Shown: piece by piece, positions 26,472 to 35,566 of the stretch
Layout of the letters: each line of letters opens with the position of its first letter
How positions within the stretch are numbered: the stretch's first letter is position 1
NCBI GenBank assembly: GCA_001787005.1
Contig: MFUV01000010.1
Span: forward strand, 73,955 to 137,954
Reading direction: 5' to 3'
Length of the DNA: 64,000 nt
Origin: Candidatus Nomurabacteria bacterium RIFCSPLOWO2_01_FULL_39_18
GTDB lineage: Bacteria; Patescibacteriota; Minisyncoccia; Phycocordibacterales; UBA9973
Translations under genes and position numbers: made by a program
The notes under the pieces: generated by a model
Told to the model about the DNA's origin: nothing
Seen by the model: only the letters and a program-made list of their open reading frames with translations
The model's database searches: none

Positions 26472-29390
26472 TTACATTACTATGTTGATCAATCTATTTT
26501 TTATATAAATAAATTTTTTAATTTCTTTGCCCGCTGTATGCCTTGCGATAACCTCGTTGGCAAGAGATTTTTTTTTTACACTTTCTTCATTTTCGTCTGC
26601 CTGTACCATAATCTCCGCCCTGACTTTGCCATTTATCTGCACAACAATTTTGACCTCATCATCTTTAATTTTTTCCTTATCATATTCCGGCCATGAAGAG
26701 AGATGAACGGATTTCTTTTCTCCAAGCATACTCCAAAGCTCTTCAGTGATATGCGGCGCAAAAGGAGAAAGAATCTGTAGAAACTTCTTGAGGTCTTCTA
26801 GGCTGACGCCGCTCTTTTCCATTTCATTTAGAAGTATCATAAGTGAGGACACTGCAGTATTAAAGCGCATACTATCAATGTCTTCACTGACTTTCTTGAT
26901 GGTTTTATGAAGAAGTTTTGCAAGCGAAGCCGGAGAAGATTTCTGAGTCGCGTAAGTCCCACCCGGTACTCCGGGAAGGGTAAAGCGCGAAGAAATCTTC
27001 TCCGGCGAAGCTATTTTATGTCCAATCTTCCAAACTCTTTCTATAAACCTCCTCGGCCCCATTAGGCTGTCTGTGCTCCATGACACTGATTGATCAAATG
27101 GCCCCATAAACATTTCATATAAGCGGAGTGTATCCGCGCCGTATGTAGAAACTATACTATCTGGATTTATAATATTTCCAAACCTTTTCGACATTTTCCT
27201 GCCATCGGAAGCAATAATCAGCCCTACGTGTTGAAGTTTCTTAAAAGGCTCTTTGTTCACCACCACGCCTATGTCGTAAAGGAATTTGTGCCAGAACCTC
27301 GCATATATCAAGTGTCTGGTCGCATGTTCTGCTCCGCCAACATATAAATCCACCTCATTCCAATATTTTTCTATATTTTTATCCACCAGAGCTTTGTTAT
27401 TGTCTGGGTCCATGTAGCGAAGATAGTACCAAGAAGAACCGGCCCATTGGGGCATAGTATTGCTCTCTCTTCTTAAAACTTTTTGGCCAACTTTCACATT
27501 TATCCAGTTTGGCACGTTCGCTAAAGGCGATTCTGCGGTTCCAGTCGGCTTATAAGACTTAACTTTTGGCAATTTCACTGGCAAATCTTTTTCTTTAACT
27601 GGGATAACTTTAGTGCCGTCGCGCAAAACCGGTATCGGTTCGCCCCAATAACGTTGGCGAGAAAATACCCAGTCGTGAAGTTTGTAAGTTACTTTTCTAT
27701 AACCAAATCCTTTTTTCACAATGTAATCAATGATATCTTCGCGTACTTCCCCCCATTCCCTGCCCTTGAATTCTACTGGTTCGGTAAGAATGCCATTTTT
27801 GATGATTGGTTGATTAATTCCGAGATACCTCTTCCAAATCACTTTCATATCTTCTCTGCTTACAAAATCCAAAACTTCTTTTTCGGAAACCCAATGCATA
27901 TCGTAAAAATCTTTTTGTTTCTGTTCTATCTCTCCTTGTTCATTGTTTTGGAGTTTAAAGTAAAGAGGAGTAAAATGCGCAAAACGGTTTTGCTTTTTTA
28001 TATCCTGCCAAAATTTGGAATGAACTACCCCACCTAATTGTTTTACAAATTTTATATTTTTATATCCCGTTTCTTCAGTTATCTCTCGGATTCCGGTTTC
28101 AACTGGATCTTCCCCATCTTCCACCCCTCCTACTACAAAACCCCGCCAATCTGTATTTTTTACGCTATGACAAAGAAATTTATTCTCTGACCAGTGCTTG
28201 ATAATGCAAACAACTGCATTTCTTTCGATAAAAGGTTCGCTCTCTCTCGCCTTATCTAAGCCTTCACTTCTCACCACCAAGGGCTCGACAACTTCTCGAA
28301 GAGGAATGTTATATTTTTTCGCGAAGGCAAAATCTCGCTCGTCATGCACACTTGAATTAACAATACCCGTCCCATAGTCCGCAATAACAAAAGTTGCAAT
28401 CCAAACAGGCAAATCGCCTGTGCCGAAAGGATTGTCCACATATCGCCCAGTAAAAATTCCTTCAATTTCTTTTTCTGTTTCAAACCCTTTTTTTATTTTT
28501 CTTTGTTTGAATTTCTCAACAAAATCTAAAACGGGTTCCTCATATTTTGTTCTCTTTATTAACTTTTTTACCAACGGATGCTCCGGCGCAATAACACAAA
28601 AGGTCTGTGCCATGAAAGTTTGCGGAATAGAATCATAGGCTTCAATTTTAATTCCTAAGTCCTTTACCTTCTGTTTGTACATGATGCCCTCGCTTCGTCC
28701 GATCCAATTTCTTTGACTTTCCTTTATGGATTCCGGCCAGTCTAGGGCGTCTAAATCCGCCAAGAGTCTGTCAGCATAGTCAGTAATCTTCAAAACCCAT
28801 TGGCGAATAGGCTTTTTTTCAACGACGGCTCCGCACCTTTCGCACTTTCCGTCTTCCACATCTTCATTGGCCAGGATAGTCATATCCCTAGGACACCAAT
28901 TCACCGGTTCGTTAGACTCATAAGCAAATCCACGTTCTAGCAATTTTAAAAATATCCACTGAGTCCATTTGTAAAATTTCGGATCTGAAGTATTCACCTC
29001 TCGAGACCAATCATAATCAAATCCGATAATTTCTAATTGTTTTTTAAATCGAGCAATATTTTTTGCCACCGACACGACGGGATTGGTTTTTGTTTTAATG
29101 GCATAATTTTCAGTAGGCAATCCGAAAGAATCAAACCCCATGGGGTGCAGAACATTAAACCCCTGCATTCTTTTTTTCCTAGAGACTACGTCTGTGGCAA
29201 TGTAGCCCTTCGGATGGCCAACATGGATGCCTTCCCCCGAGACATAGGGAAACATATCTAAAATATAGAATTTCCCTTGCCCCGCCGTAGCTTTATGCGA
29301 AGGTGGGTTTTTTGTTTGGTAGATTTTTTTCTTAGCCCATTCTTTCTGCCATTTTTTCTCAATCTTCTTGTGGTCGTATTCCTTCTTCAT
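26472..29390 (-). CDS. leuS: Leucyl-tRNA synthetase with an inserted NUDIX hydrolase domain and a palindromic insertion
   Basis: HIGH region FPYVSGEGIHVGHPKGY. KMSKS motif KMSKRFGN. Editing-domain landmarks GTGIVNSSVHDERDFAFAKKYNIP. The 972-aa length exceeds typical bacterial LeuS because of a Nudix insert of about 155 aa. Confidence 0.9.
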   Translation of the reverse strand: MKKEYDHKKIEKKWQKEWAKKKIYQTKNPPSHKATAGQGKFYILDMFPYVSGEGIHVGHPKGYIATDVVSRKKRMQGFNVLHPMGFDSFGLPTENYAIKTKTNPVVSVAKNIARFKKQLEIIGFDYDWSREVNTSDPKFYKWTQWIFLKLLERGFAYESNEPVNWCPRDMTILANEDVEDGKCERCGAVVEKKPIRQWVLKITDYADRLLADLDALDWPESIKESQRNWIGRSEGIMYKQKVKDLGIKIEAYDSIPQTFMAQTFCVIAPEHPLVKKLIKRTKYEEPVLDFVEKFKQRKIKKGFETEKEIEGIFTGRYVDNPFGTGDLPVWIATFVIADYGTGIVNSSVHDERDFAFAKKYNIPLREVVEPLVVRSEGLDKARESEPFIERNAVVCIIKHWSENKFLCHSVKNTDWRGFVVGGVEDGEDPVETGIREITEETGYKNIKFVKQLGGVVHSKFWQDIKKQNRFAHFTPLYFKLQNNEQGEIEQKQKDFYDMHWVSEKEVLDFVSREDMKVIWKRYLGINQPIIKNGILTEPVEFKGREWGEVREDIIDYIVKKGFGYRKVTYKLHDWVFSRQRYWGEPIPVLRDGTKVIPVKEKDLPVKLPKVKSYKPTGTAESPLANVPNWINVKVGQKVLRRESNTMPQWAGSSWYYLRYMDPDNNKALVDKNIEKYWNEVDLYVGGAEHATRHLIYARFWHKFLYDIGVVVNKEPFKKLQHVGLIIASDGRKMSKRFGNIINPDSIVSTYGADTLRLYEMFMGPFDQSVSWSTDSLMGPRRFIERVWKIGHKIASPEKISSRFTLPGVPGGTYATQKSSPASLAKLLHKTIKKVSEDIDSMRFNTAVSSLMILLNEMEKSGVSLEDLKKFLQILSPFAPHITEELWSMLGEKKSVHLSSWPEYDKEKIKDDEVKIVVQINGKVRAEIMVQADENEESVKKKSLANEVIARHTAGKEIKKFIYIKNRLINIVM
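26930..27005. repeat. Palindromic element in-frame in leuS: perfect 15-bp arms ccggagaagatttct / agaaatcttctccgg with inner hairpin cccgg-tact-ccggg
   Basis: Arms at 26930..26944 and 26991..27005 are exact reverse complements. Encodes the ...LPGVPGGTYATQKSSPASLAK... segment. Confidence 0.75.
27810..28286 (-). other. NUDIX hydrolase domain embedded in LeuS (about aa 369-527)
   Basis: Complete Nudix box GGVEDGEDPVETGIREITEETGY (Gx5Ex7REUxEExGU). It is inserted between the end of the CP1 editing domain (KKYNIPLREVV) and the conserved linker that precedes KLHDWVFSRQRYWGEPIP. Confidence 0.85.
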
Positions 29391-29470
29391 CCCGTTTAGA
29401 AGCAGGTCGCGGTCAAACCGTAACTACTTAATTTAGTCTTATAATTTTTGCGACCGCGGCTTCTAACGGG
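29391..29470 (-). promoter_or_regulatory. Long imperfect inverted repeat abutting the leuS start codon (5' leader hairpin)
   Basis: cccgtttagaagcaggtcgcggtc (29391..29414) pairs with gaccgcggcttctaacggg (29452..29470). On the minus strand the 3' arm ends directly at the ATG. Confidence 0.4.
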
Positions 29471-29517
29471 ACTCATACTCCCATAATACCTAAAAGGTGG
29501 CTTATTTGCAAAAGGAT

Positions 29518-30591
29518 TTAGTACATCGGTACTGGCTTTGGATAGATATTGGGATTATAAGGATTTGGATTTACGGTTTGCTTAAAACAATATTCATCGG
29601 CTGGATGTGTCCACGAGAAACTGTTATAGGAATACAAGCCTCTGTAAGGATCGGAAGTATTTTTGTCGTCTGAAGCTTTATTGAATTCTGCGCAAAGATT
29701 ATATTCAGTGTTACTTATCTTTTCATACTCGTATGGCTTTTCCGTTTGAGGATCCACTTGAGCAATATAATAATTTCCTTTTGCCATTTCCTCAAGAGTA
29801 TTCGGCAAGATTCCTTTATTTGTGTAATAATTTATGATTTGATTGTTTATGTTTGAAAGATCATTTACTTTCTGCTCATCATATTTATAAAGCCTCTGCG
29901 TACGAGGAGAACCCAAAACAGAGAAACCCCAAATAATTGAAGCTAGAATTAAAAGTCCTGAAATTATTCTCCAAATTTTTCTAGATTTTGATGTTAACTT
30001 GTTTCTGAGGTCAGAAATAAAGTAAATAAATATACCAGAAGCAACAACAAGCAAGACCAGAACCTTCAAAAGGAATCCCGTAGTCAATTCTTGTCCATCA
30101 ATAAAGAAGTAGATCACCGTTATTAAATCCCCGGCGATAGCAAGACCAGCAACAAACAAAGTAATGTAAGTGAATCCTCTGTGAGTAAAACTACTCTGTC
30201 TTTCCGGCTCAACCCGATATTCCCTTTCTAAAAACCACATCAGTAAAACGAAGATTGGGAAAAGTACAACCAGAATAGCGACAGGCCAACTTATAGACTG
30301 ACTGCCCCCCGAATAATTGTATCCATTTGTAATTTGCGGATAAGCTGTGTTGATAACATTAAATAATAAACTTAAAAGACTGCCCACTAATGTATATAAT
30401 GCAGTGAAGGCCCCCAAATTTAAGAAAAAATCTTTGGCGCTAGCTTTTGGTTTTATTTGATTTGGATCCATGTTGTTTATACTACGATTACGATTAATAA
30501 AAAATACGACGATGCCAACCACTATAATAATAAATATGACCGGAGAAACAAGTGAATATAAAATATATGGAAAATAATCAAAATTAAACAT
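29518..30591 (-). CDS. Membrane protein, unknown function
   Basis: 357 aa. N-terminal TM helices and a C-terminal soluble Tyr/Asn-rich region. No motif recognised. Confidence 0.5.
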   Translation of the reverse strand: MFNFDYFPYILYSLVSPVIFIIIVVGIVVFFINRNRSINNMDPNQIKPKASAKDFFLNLGAFTALYTLVGSLLSLLFNVINTAYPQITNGYNYSGGSQSISWPVAILVVLFPIFVLLMWFLEREYRVEPERQSSFTHRGFTYITLFVAGLAIAGDLITVIYFFIDGQELTTGFLLKVLVLLVVASGIFIYFISDLRNKLTSKSRKIWRIISGLLILASIIWGFSVLGSPRTQRLYKYDEQKVNDLSNINNQIINYYTNKGILPNTLEEMAKGNYYIAQVDPQTEKPYEYEKISNTEYNLCAEFNKASDDKNTSDPYRGLYSYNSFSWTHPADEYCFKQTVNPNPYNPNIYPKPVPMY

Positions 30592-30629
30592 ACTGATAAA
30601 TTATGTTTATGAATAAAATTACACCGTAA

Positions 30630-31520
30630 TTATATACCCCACACAGCAGTATTGGCAAGTGAAACAAGGCGATTATTCGACTTTTCCAAGACACAGAGCT
30701 CCCCGGCTTCTGTTTGACCCTTAAAATCTTTCATTATTTCAGCAAGCGCATAACTAAGTGAAAGCGCAGAAGAATCGGTAGCATAAGAAGTCAAAATCAC
30801 AAAAAGGGGCTTGTCGGTTAGAACCCTCCCGACCAAAGAAAGCAGTTTCGGCAACATTTCTTCTATCTTCCATACTTCCCCCCTGGGACCACGGCCGTAC
30901 TTGGGCGGATCCATAATCACAGCGTCATACTTATTGCCTCGTTTTATTTCTCGCTCTAGAAATTTTGTGGCGTCATCTTCTATCACCCGCATTGGCATTT
31001 TATCAAGGCTAGATAATTTTTGATTTTCTTTCGTCCAATTTAATACTTGCTTCGAGGCATCCACATGCGTCACATCTCCACCAGCCCTGAGAGCAAATAG
31101 GCTCGCCACACCGGTGTAGCCGAATAAATTAAGAAATTTTATTTTCTTGCCGGAGTTTTTTATTTTATTCTCTATGTAATCCCAGTGATTTGCCTGCTCC
31201 GGGAAAAATCCCAAATGTCTAAATGGTGTGGGAGAAACAAAAAATTTAATTCCCCTGTATTCCATCTCCCACTTCGTGTCAAGGTTCAACCTTGACATTT
31301 GCCACCCGGCTTTGGCACCAACTTTCGAGCTCCAGAATTTTCCATCAACATTTGTCCACTGTTGTTGAACACTCGGTGTTGAACATTTCGGCCAGACAGC
31401 ATCTTCATAAGGACGAATAAAAGTGTATTTCCCGAATCGCTCCAGCTTCTCTCCACCACCCGTATCTAGAAGCTCGTAGTCCACCCAATCCTTTGAACAA
31501 AAAATTTTTATCTGGTTCAT
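30630..31520 (-). CDS. Class I SAM-dependent RNA methyltransferase, RlmI/RlmK-like
   Basis: LNLFGYTGVASLFALRAGGDVTHVDASKQVLNW is SAM-binding motif I with a post-I acidic residue. Motif IV is VIMDPPKYGRG. It parallels E. coli RlmI (VLNVFSYTGGF...VIVMDPPKF). It hosts a REP-A insertion. Confidence 0.65.
   Translation of the reverse strand: MNQIKIFCSKDWVDYELLDTGGGEKLERFGKYTFIRPYEDAVWPKCSTPSVQQQWTNVDGKFWSSKVGAKAGWQMSRLNLDTKWEMEYRGIKFFVSPTPFRHLGFFPEQANHWDYIENKIKNSGKKIKFLNLFGYTGVASLFALRAGGDVTHVDASKQVLNWTKENQKLSSLDKMPMRVIEDDATKFLEREIKRGNKYDAVIMDPPKYGRGPRGEVWKIEEMLPKLLSLVGRVLTDKPLFVILTSYATDSSALSLSYALAEIMKDFKGQTEAGELCVLEKSNNRLVSLANTAVWGI
31361..31392. repeat. REP-like family A copy inserted in-frame within the methyltransferase gene
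   Basis: tgttgttgaacactcggtgttgaacatttcgg encodes ...PKCSTPSVQQQW... on the minus strand. It is identical in core to the RAYT-1 flanking repeats. Confidence 0.75.
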
Positions 31521-31523
31521 TTT

Positions 31524-32351
31524 TTATATCAAAAATTCTATCACATCTCCGTCTTTTACAATGTATTCTTTGCCTTCGGTGCGAACCAAGCCTTTCGAGC
31601 GAGCAGCAACATGTGAACCACAATCTAATAAATCTTTCCAATTTACTACTTCCGCGCGGATAAATTTTTCTTTGAAATCATTGTGTATCGCTTTACCCGC
31701 TTCCGGCGTCGTAGAACCTCTGCGAGTTGTCCAGGCGCGAGTTTCATCTTCGCCAGTGGTTAAAAAGGTAATTAGGTTGAGCAAATCATAGCTTGCCTTG
31801 ATGAGACTATCGAGTCCAGTGCCAAAAACTGGATCAACTTCTATGTACGGACCAGGAATTTTATCTGCCACTTCCCGCATATTTTTCTCGCTAGCTTCCG
31901 ACATATTAAGAACATAAAGAATCGGTTTTCTAATTCCTGCTTGTTCTAGCTCAAAATTTATTACTTCAATATCAAAAAGCGGGTCAATTTTATTATGCAC
32001 ATGGATTGTATTTGCATCCTCGAAAATCCGCACCATTTCGATAATCGCATCCACTTCACGAATGTGGGAAAGGAATTTATTACCGAGCCCGGCGCCCTCG
32101 CTTGCCCCCTTGACCAATCCTGCAATGTCCACAAACTCAACTACCGCCGGAATAACTTTTTTAGATTTGCTCATCGCCGCAAGCTTCTCTAATCTCTCGT
32201 CTGGCACCGGAACAATACCCACCGACGGGTCAATGGTACAAAAAGGATAATTCTCCGCAGGTACGCCTTTCTTCGTCAGCGCATTAAAAAGCGTGGACTT
32301 ACCCACGTTCGGTAAACCGACAATCCCTATTTTCAGAGAAGAACTTGACAT
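31524..32351 (-). CDS. ychF: Ribosome-binding ATPase YchF (Obg-family), compact form
   Basis: IGIVGLPNVGKSTLFNALTK and NYPFCTIDPSVGIVPVPDERL match the YchF N-terminus. The TGS-like C-terminus is EYIVKDGDVIEFLI. At 275 aa it lacks the usual helical insert. Confidence 0.85.
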   Translation of the reverse strand: MSSSSLKIGIVGLPNVGKSTLFNALTKKGVPAENYPFCTIDPSVGIVPVPDERLEKLAAMSKSKKVIPAVVEFVDIAGLVKGASEGAGLGNKFLSHIREVDAIIEMVRIFEDANTIHVHNKIDPLFDIEVINFELEQAGIRKPILYVLNMSEASEKNMREVADKIPGPYIEVDPVFGTGLDSLIKASYDLLNLITFLTTGEDETRAWTTRRGSTTPEAGKAIHNDFKEKFIRAEVVNWKDLLDCGSHVAARSKGLVRTEGKEYIVKDGDVIEFLI

Positions 32352-33954
32352 ATATATCGCTTAGACTAAGTATACCCTCAACTTGTAATGATTTTTGACT
32401 AGCAATGGAAAACGAAAGACACTCGCTTATAACCTTCTGTCGAGCCTGAAAATCAAAGTTTTTGAGGCATTCGGCTGCAGCTGCGGTGAATTCTTTAATT
32501 TCATCCTTGCCGGGGAGTATTATGTCATTTTTAGATGTTTTTTCCAAATCAGCCTGGATTATTTGATCTTCCAACTTTCTTATCTCTTCCCTTATGGGTG
32601 CGACATACTCCTTGAACTTTTCAAGCGAAAAAGCTTCTTTAGAGAATGCGTTAGCAAGACGATCCTCTCTTACTTGCAGTTTTTCTATTTCCTTAAGAGT
32701 GCCTTCAGCACTGATAGCTGACTCTGATTTATAACCTTTATGATTTTCAATCCACCTTTCGGTGTATCTTTGCAGAAGTTCTGGTGAGCTCATTATTTCT
32801 TTCACTCTTCCCCATAATACTTTATCCGCTATTCTTGCGTTGATGCCACGCTCTCTGCAATCAGGTTCAAGTGGAAAACTATAAACGCGATCAGTGCAGC
32901 GATAATATAAATACTTTCCTCGTTGAGGACCCTCACCTGCTCTTCTTTTTCCGCAAGTACACCAAATTTTGCCAGCCAATAAATAATCATTCTTTTTATT
33001 TCGACCTAGAGTTGCAAAATTCTTTTTCAATCGCGCTCCGGCTTGTTTAAAAAGATTATTGTCAGTAATAATCACTGGAACTGTTATCTTATACCACTCA
33101 TCTTTCGGCTTCATCTTTCTGCTAGTTTTTTCTATTTTTTTATACTTTTCATTTTTAAGAGGCTTTTTGGGAACTACTGCAAATGAAGCACCCCAATGCG
33201 TTACTCCAATGTATACCTCGTGGCGCAAAAGAGTACTTAAGGTGCTTGTATTCCAAACTCCCCTTTTACTTTTTCTTGGATAGATTTTTTGTTCATGTAA
33301 TTTTCTAACAACTGCACGGAGAGTCAAACCATCATTAGCAACCCAGGAAAAAATATTTCTAACGATTTCGGCTTCACGATCGTTTATCTTATAATGTCCG
33401 GGATCGTAGTCGCCTGCGCTCTTTTTACCTTTATTGGGAATATAAGTATATCCATAAGGCGCTACGGTGGTAAGAACTTGATTGTTTTTTACACGATTTA
33501 CCTTGCCTATTCTAAAGCGTTCAGCAATTTTAGCCTTTTCATATGCAGCAAATAAACCTCTCACGCCAAATAGCAGCTTGTCTGTAGCGCTTTCTACCGG
33601 TAACATCGTCACAAATAAAATTTCTATACCTAGTTTTTTCAACTCGTTTATTACAATCTGCTGAAGAAAGAGTTCCCGGCCTAGACGGTCAGGATCATAA
33701 ATAACAACCGCATCCCAAATTTTATTTGTTGCATCGTGTCGTAATTGATCTAGTTGGGGCCTAGCAAGAATATCTCCGCTCCAGCCCTCATCTTTGTAGG
33801 TTTTAACGACAACTAACTCATTCTCTTTAATATACTTATCCACTTCAGACAACTGAGCGTCAATGGTTTTCTGATCTTCCTGATTTGAAGTGGAAACACG
33901 AGCATATACTGATACATGCTTTATTCCCATTTTTGCTATATTTTCATTTTTCAT
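32299..33954 (-). mobile_element. Large serine recombinase (resolvase/invertase catalytic domain + recombinase domain + zinc-ribbon)
   Basis: N-terminal VSVYARVSTSNQEDQ carries the catalytic Ser. YDPDRLGRE and the downstream recombinase domain follow. CTCGKRRAGEG...YYRCTDR is a Zn-ribbon. Size is 551 aa. Confidence 0.85.
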
Positions 33955-33961
33955 GTTTTCA

Positions 33962-34201
33962 TTATTTTAATTTATAATAATTATTTTTAATTGTTTCTTT
34001 AAAGAGAACATCGAAGATAGAGTCTAGTTTCCCATCAATATCTTCAGAATCCTCCATCCAGAAAGTGACCTGAACCCCGTCGACTACACAGGAATCAAAG
34101 GTCACCCTGGCACATACATCCAATGAATCAGAACACGACACGAAAAGAGTTTTCTCTAAGTCATTTTCCGATTCTTTAAGATAGTTGTTTGCTTTTTTCA
34201 T
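33962..34201 (-). CDS. Hypothetical small acidic protein
   Basis: 79-aa ORF. A further unlisted ORF of about 52 aa (MEKTKEGKIKIEVEID..., roughly 34208..34366, minus strand) lies adjacent. Confidence 0.3.
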   Translation of the reverse strand: MKKANNYLKESENDLEKTLFVSCSDSLDVCARVTFDSCVVDGVQVTFWMEDSEDIDGKLDSIFDVLFKETIKNNYYKLK

Positions 34202-34660
34202 AACTTTTTAATAATCTTCAGGCCGTAAAAGCCAGTTCATGAGTATCAGATGAAGCGCGCGTGAAATTGATATATTGTCTTGCTTAGCACCAAATTCTAA
34301 TTCACTATAAATTACTTCATCGATTTCAACTTCTATCTTTATTTTACCTTCTTTTGTTTTTTCCATGATATTTTAAATTAAAACTAGTAATAGTTTTAAA
34401 AAACAAACGAAAAACCTCGCTATTACGTAGTGGAGTATTCTTTAAGTACGACCACCACGCAAAAGCGAGGCTTTAAAGAATACTTTCAATCCAAAGAGAT
34501 TTATCGTTATTTTTAAAACGAGGTTGGCGCAGAAGACTAGATTGTCTTACTGAAACCACATAACATAACCTTACACATAGCCAGATACCTTATACGAAAA
34601 ATATAATATTGGATCAATTATACGCCAGTCCCATAATCTGTGAAGTGTGGATAACGAAAA

Positions 34661-34701
34661 AACGGTCCTGCCACGAAATGTAGCAGAACCGTTTTCTTTT
34701 A
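34661..34701. terminator. Bidirectional rho-independent terminator (aacggtcctgc...gcagaaccgtt hairpin flanked by A6 / TTCTTTT)
   Basis: 11-bp stem with 1 mismatch and a 9-nt loop. It has a T-run on the plus strand and an A-run on the minus strand. Lies just 3' of the 34699..35566 minus-strand operon. Confidence 0.6.
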
Positions 34702-35250
34702 CCGAACTGGCACCAAACTTGCAATCAAATCACTCGCATCCTGCCTAGAAAGTCCAGAATTGATTTGATTTAGGTATCGTTCTCGATCCTCTGGATCATC
34801 TAGTTCTAGAACCAGCCTATCTAGGTACTGGCGCTGCTTCTCGGTCATTTCTGGTTCTTCAAATCCTTCCATCTCTTCACTTCCATTAGCTCGAATTGAT
34901 TCCAAGATTTTTACCGCATTGTTTGTTGCAGATAAAAAACTTCCGTTGATACTGGAGGAAATGGTTCTGTCTAAGTATTTATTTAACTTCGAAAATACGG
35001 ATACGCTTCTTCCGAAAGCGATCAAGCTTCCATTTAATTTAAGAGTGCAAAGAACGCCAACCAGTCCAGGAATGTTGAGATTTTTTAACGTCTCTGTGTC
35101 TTCCTGGAAACTGACCTCAAGAGTAAATGGATTTCCACATAATCTTTTAACTTCTTCTCTAACAGGATGATTCTCACCCCTAACATCTATCACCGGCTTA
35201 ACCTTGGGTTGAAGCGGAGACAGTATTCTTTTGTTTAATGTATTATTCAT
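34699..35250 (-). CDS. Hypothetical protein (183 aa), co-transcribed with the ArdC-N-like gene
   Basis: Overlaps the upstream ORF by 8 nt. No motif recognised. Confidence 0.45.
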   Translation of the reverse strand: MNNTLNKRILSPLQPKVKPVIDVRGENHPVREEVKRLCGNPFTLEVSFQEDTETLKNLNIPGLVGVLCTLKLNGSLIAFGRSVSVFSKLNKYLDRTISSSINGSFLSATNNAVKILESIRANGSEEMEGFEEPEMTEKQRQYLDRLVLELDDPEDRERYLNQINSGLSRQDASDLIASLVPVR

Positions 35251-35566
35251 GTTTTTTATATTCTTGAACCTGTCTATAGTAGAACAGGTAGATACTTTTA
35301 ATGCGCTTGGTAATTTTCTTCGGATCTTTCTTGTCTTTAGTTTCTAAGACAACAAAGGAACGAATAGCTTTTTCACCCTTCTTTGGAACCATCCCAAGCT
35401 GAATCCAATTCCTAAAGGTAAGCGCGGACCTCAATGGATCATAGTTTTTTAATTCACTCTGGCCCCAGCGACGGACTATCTCTTCCTCTACAAGAGCACG
35501 AGTTTTATCTGAACCCATGTAATTAGAGACTTCCGGACCTTTTAATATTTCACCTATAGATTTCAT
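35243..35566 (-). CDS. ArdC-N-like (DUF1738) ssDNA-binding domain protein
   Basis: LTFRNWIQLGMVPKKGEKAIRSFVV matches the ArdC N-terminal signature (FxxxxQWxxLGxxVxKGEKgI). 107 aa, with no metalloprotease domain. Confidence 0.55.
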   Translation of the reverse strand: MKSIGEILKGPEVSNYMGSDKTRALVEEEIVRRWGQSELKNYDPLRSALTFRNWIQLGMVPKKGEKAIRSFVVLETKDKKDPKKITKRIKSIYLFYYRQVQEYKKHE

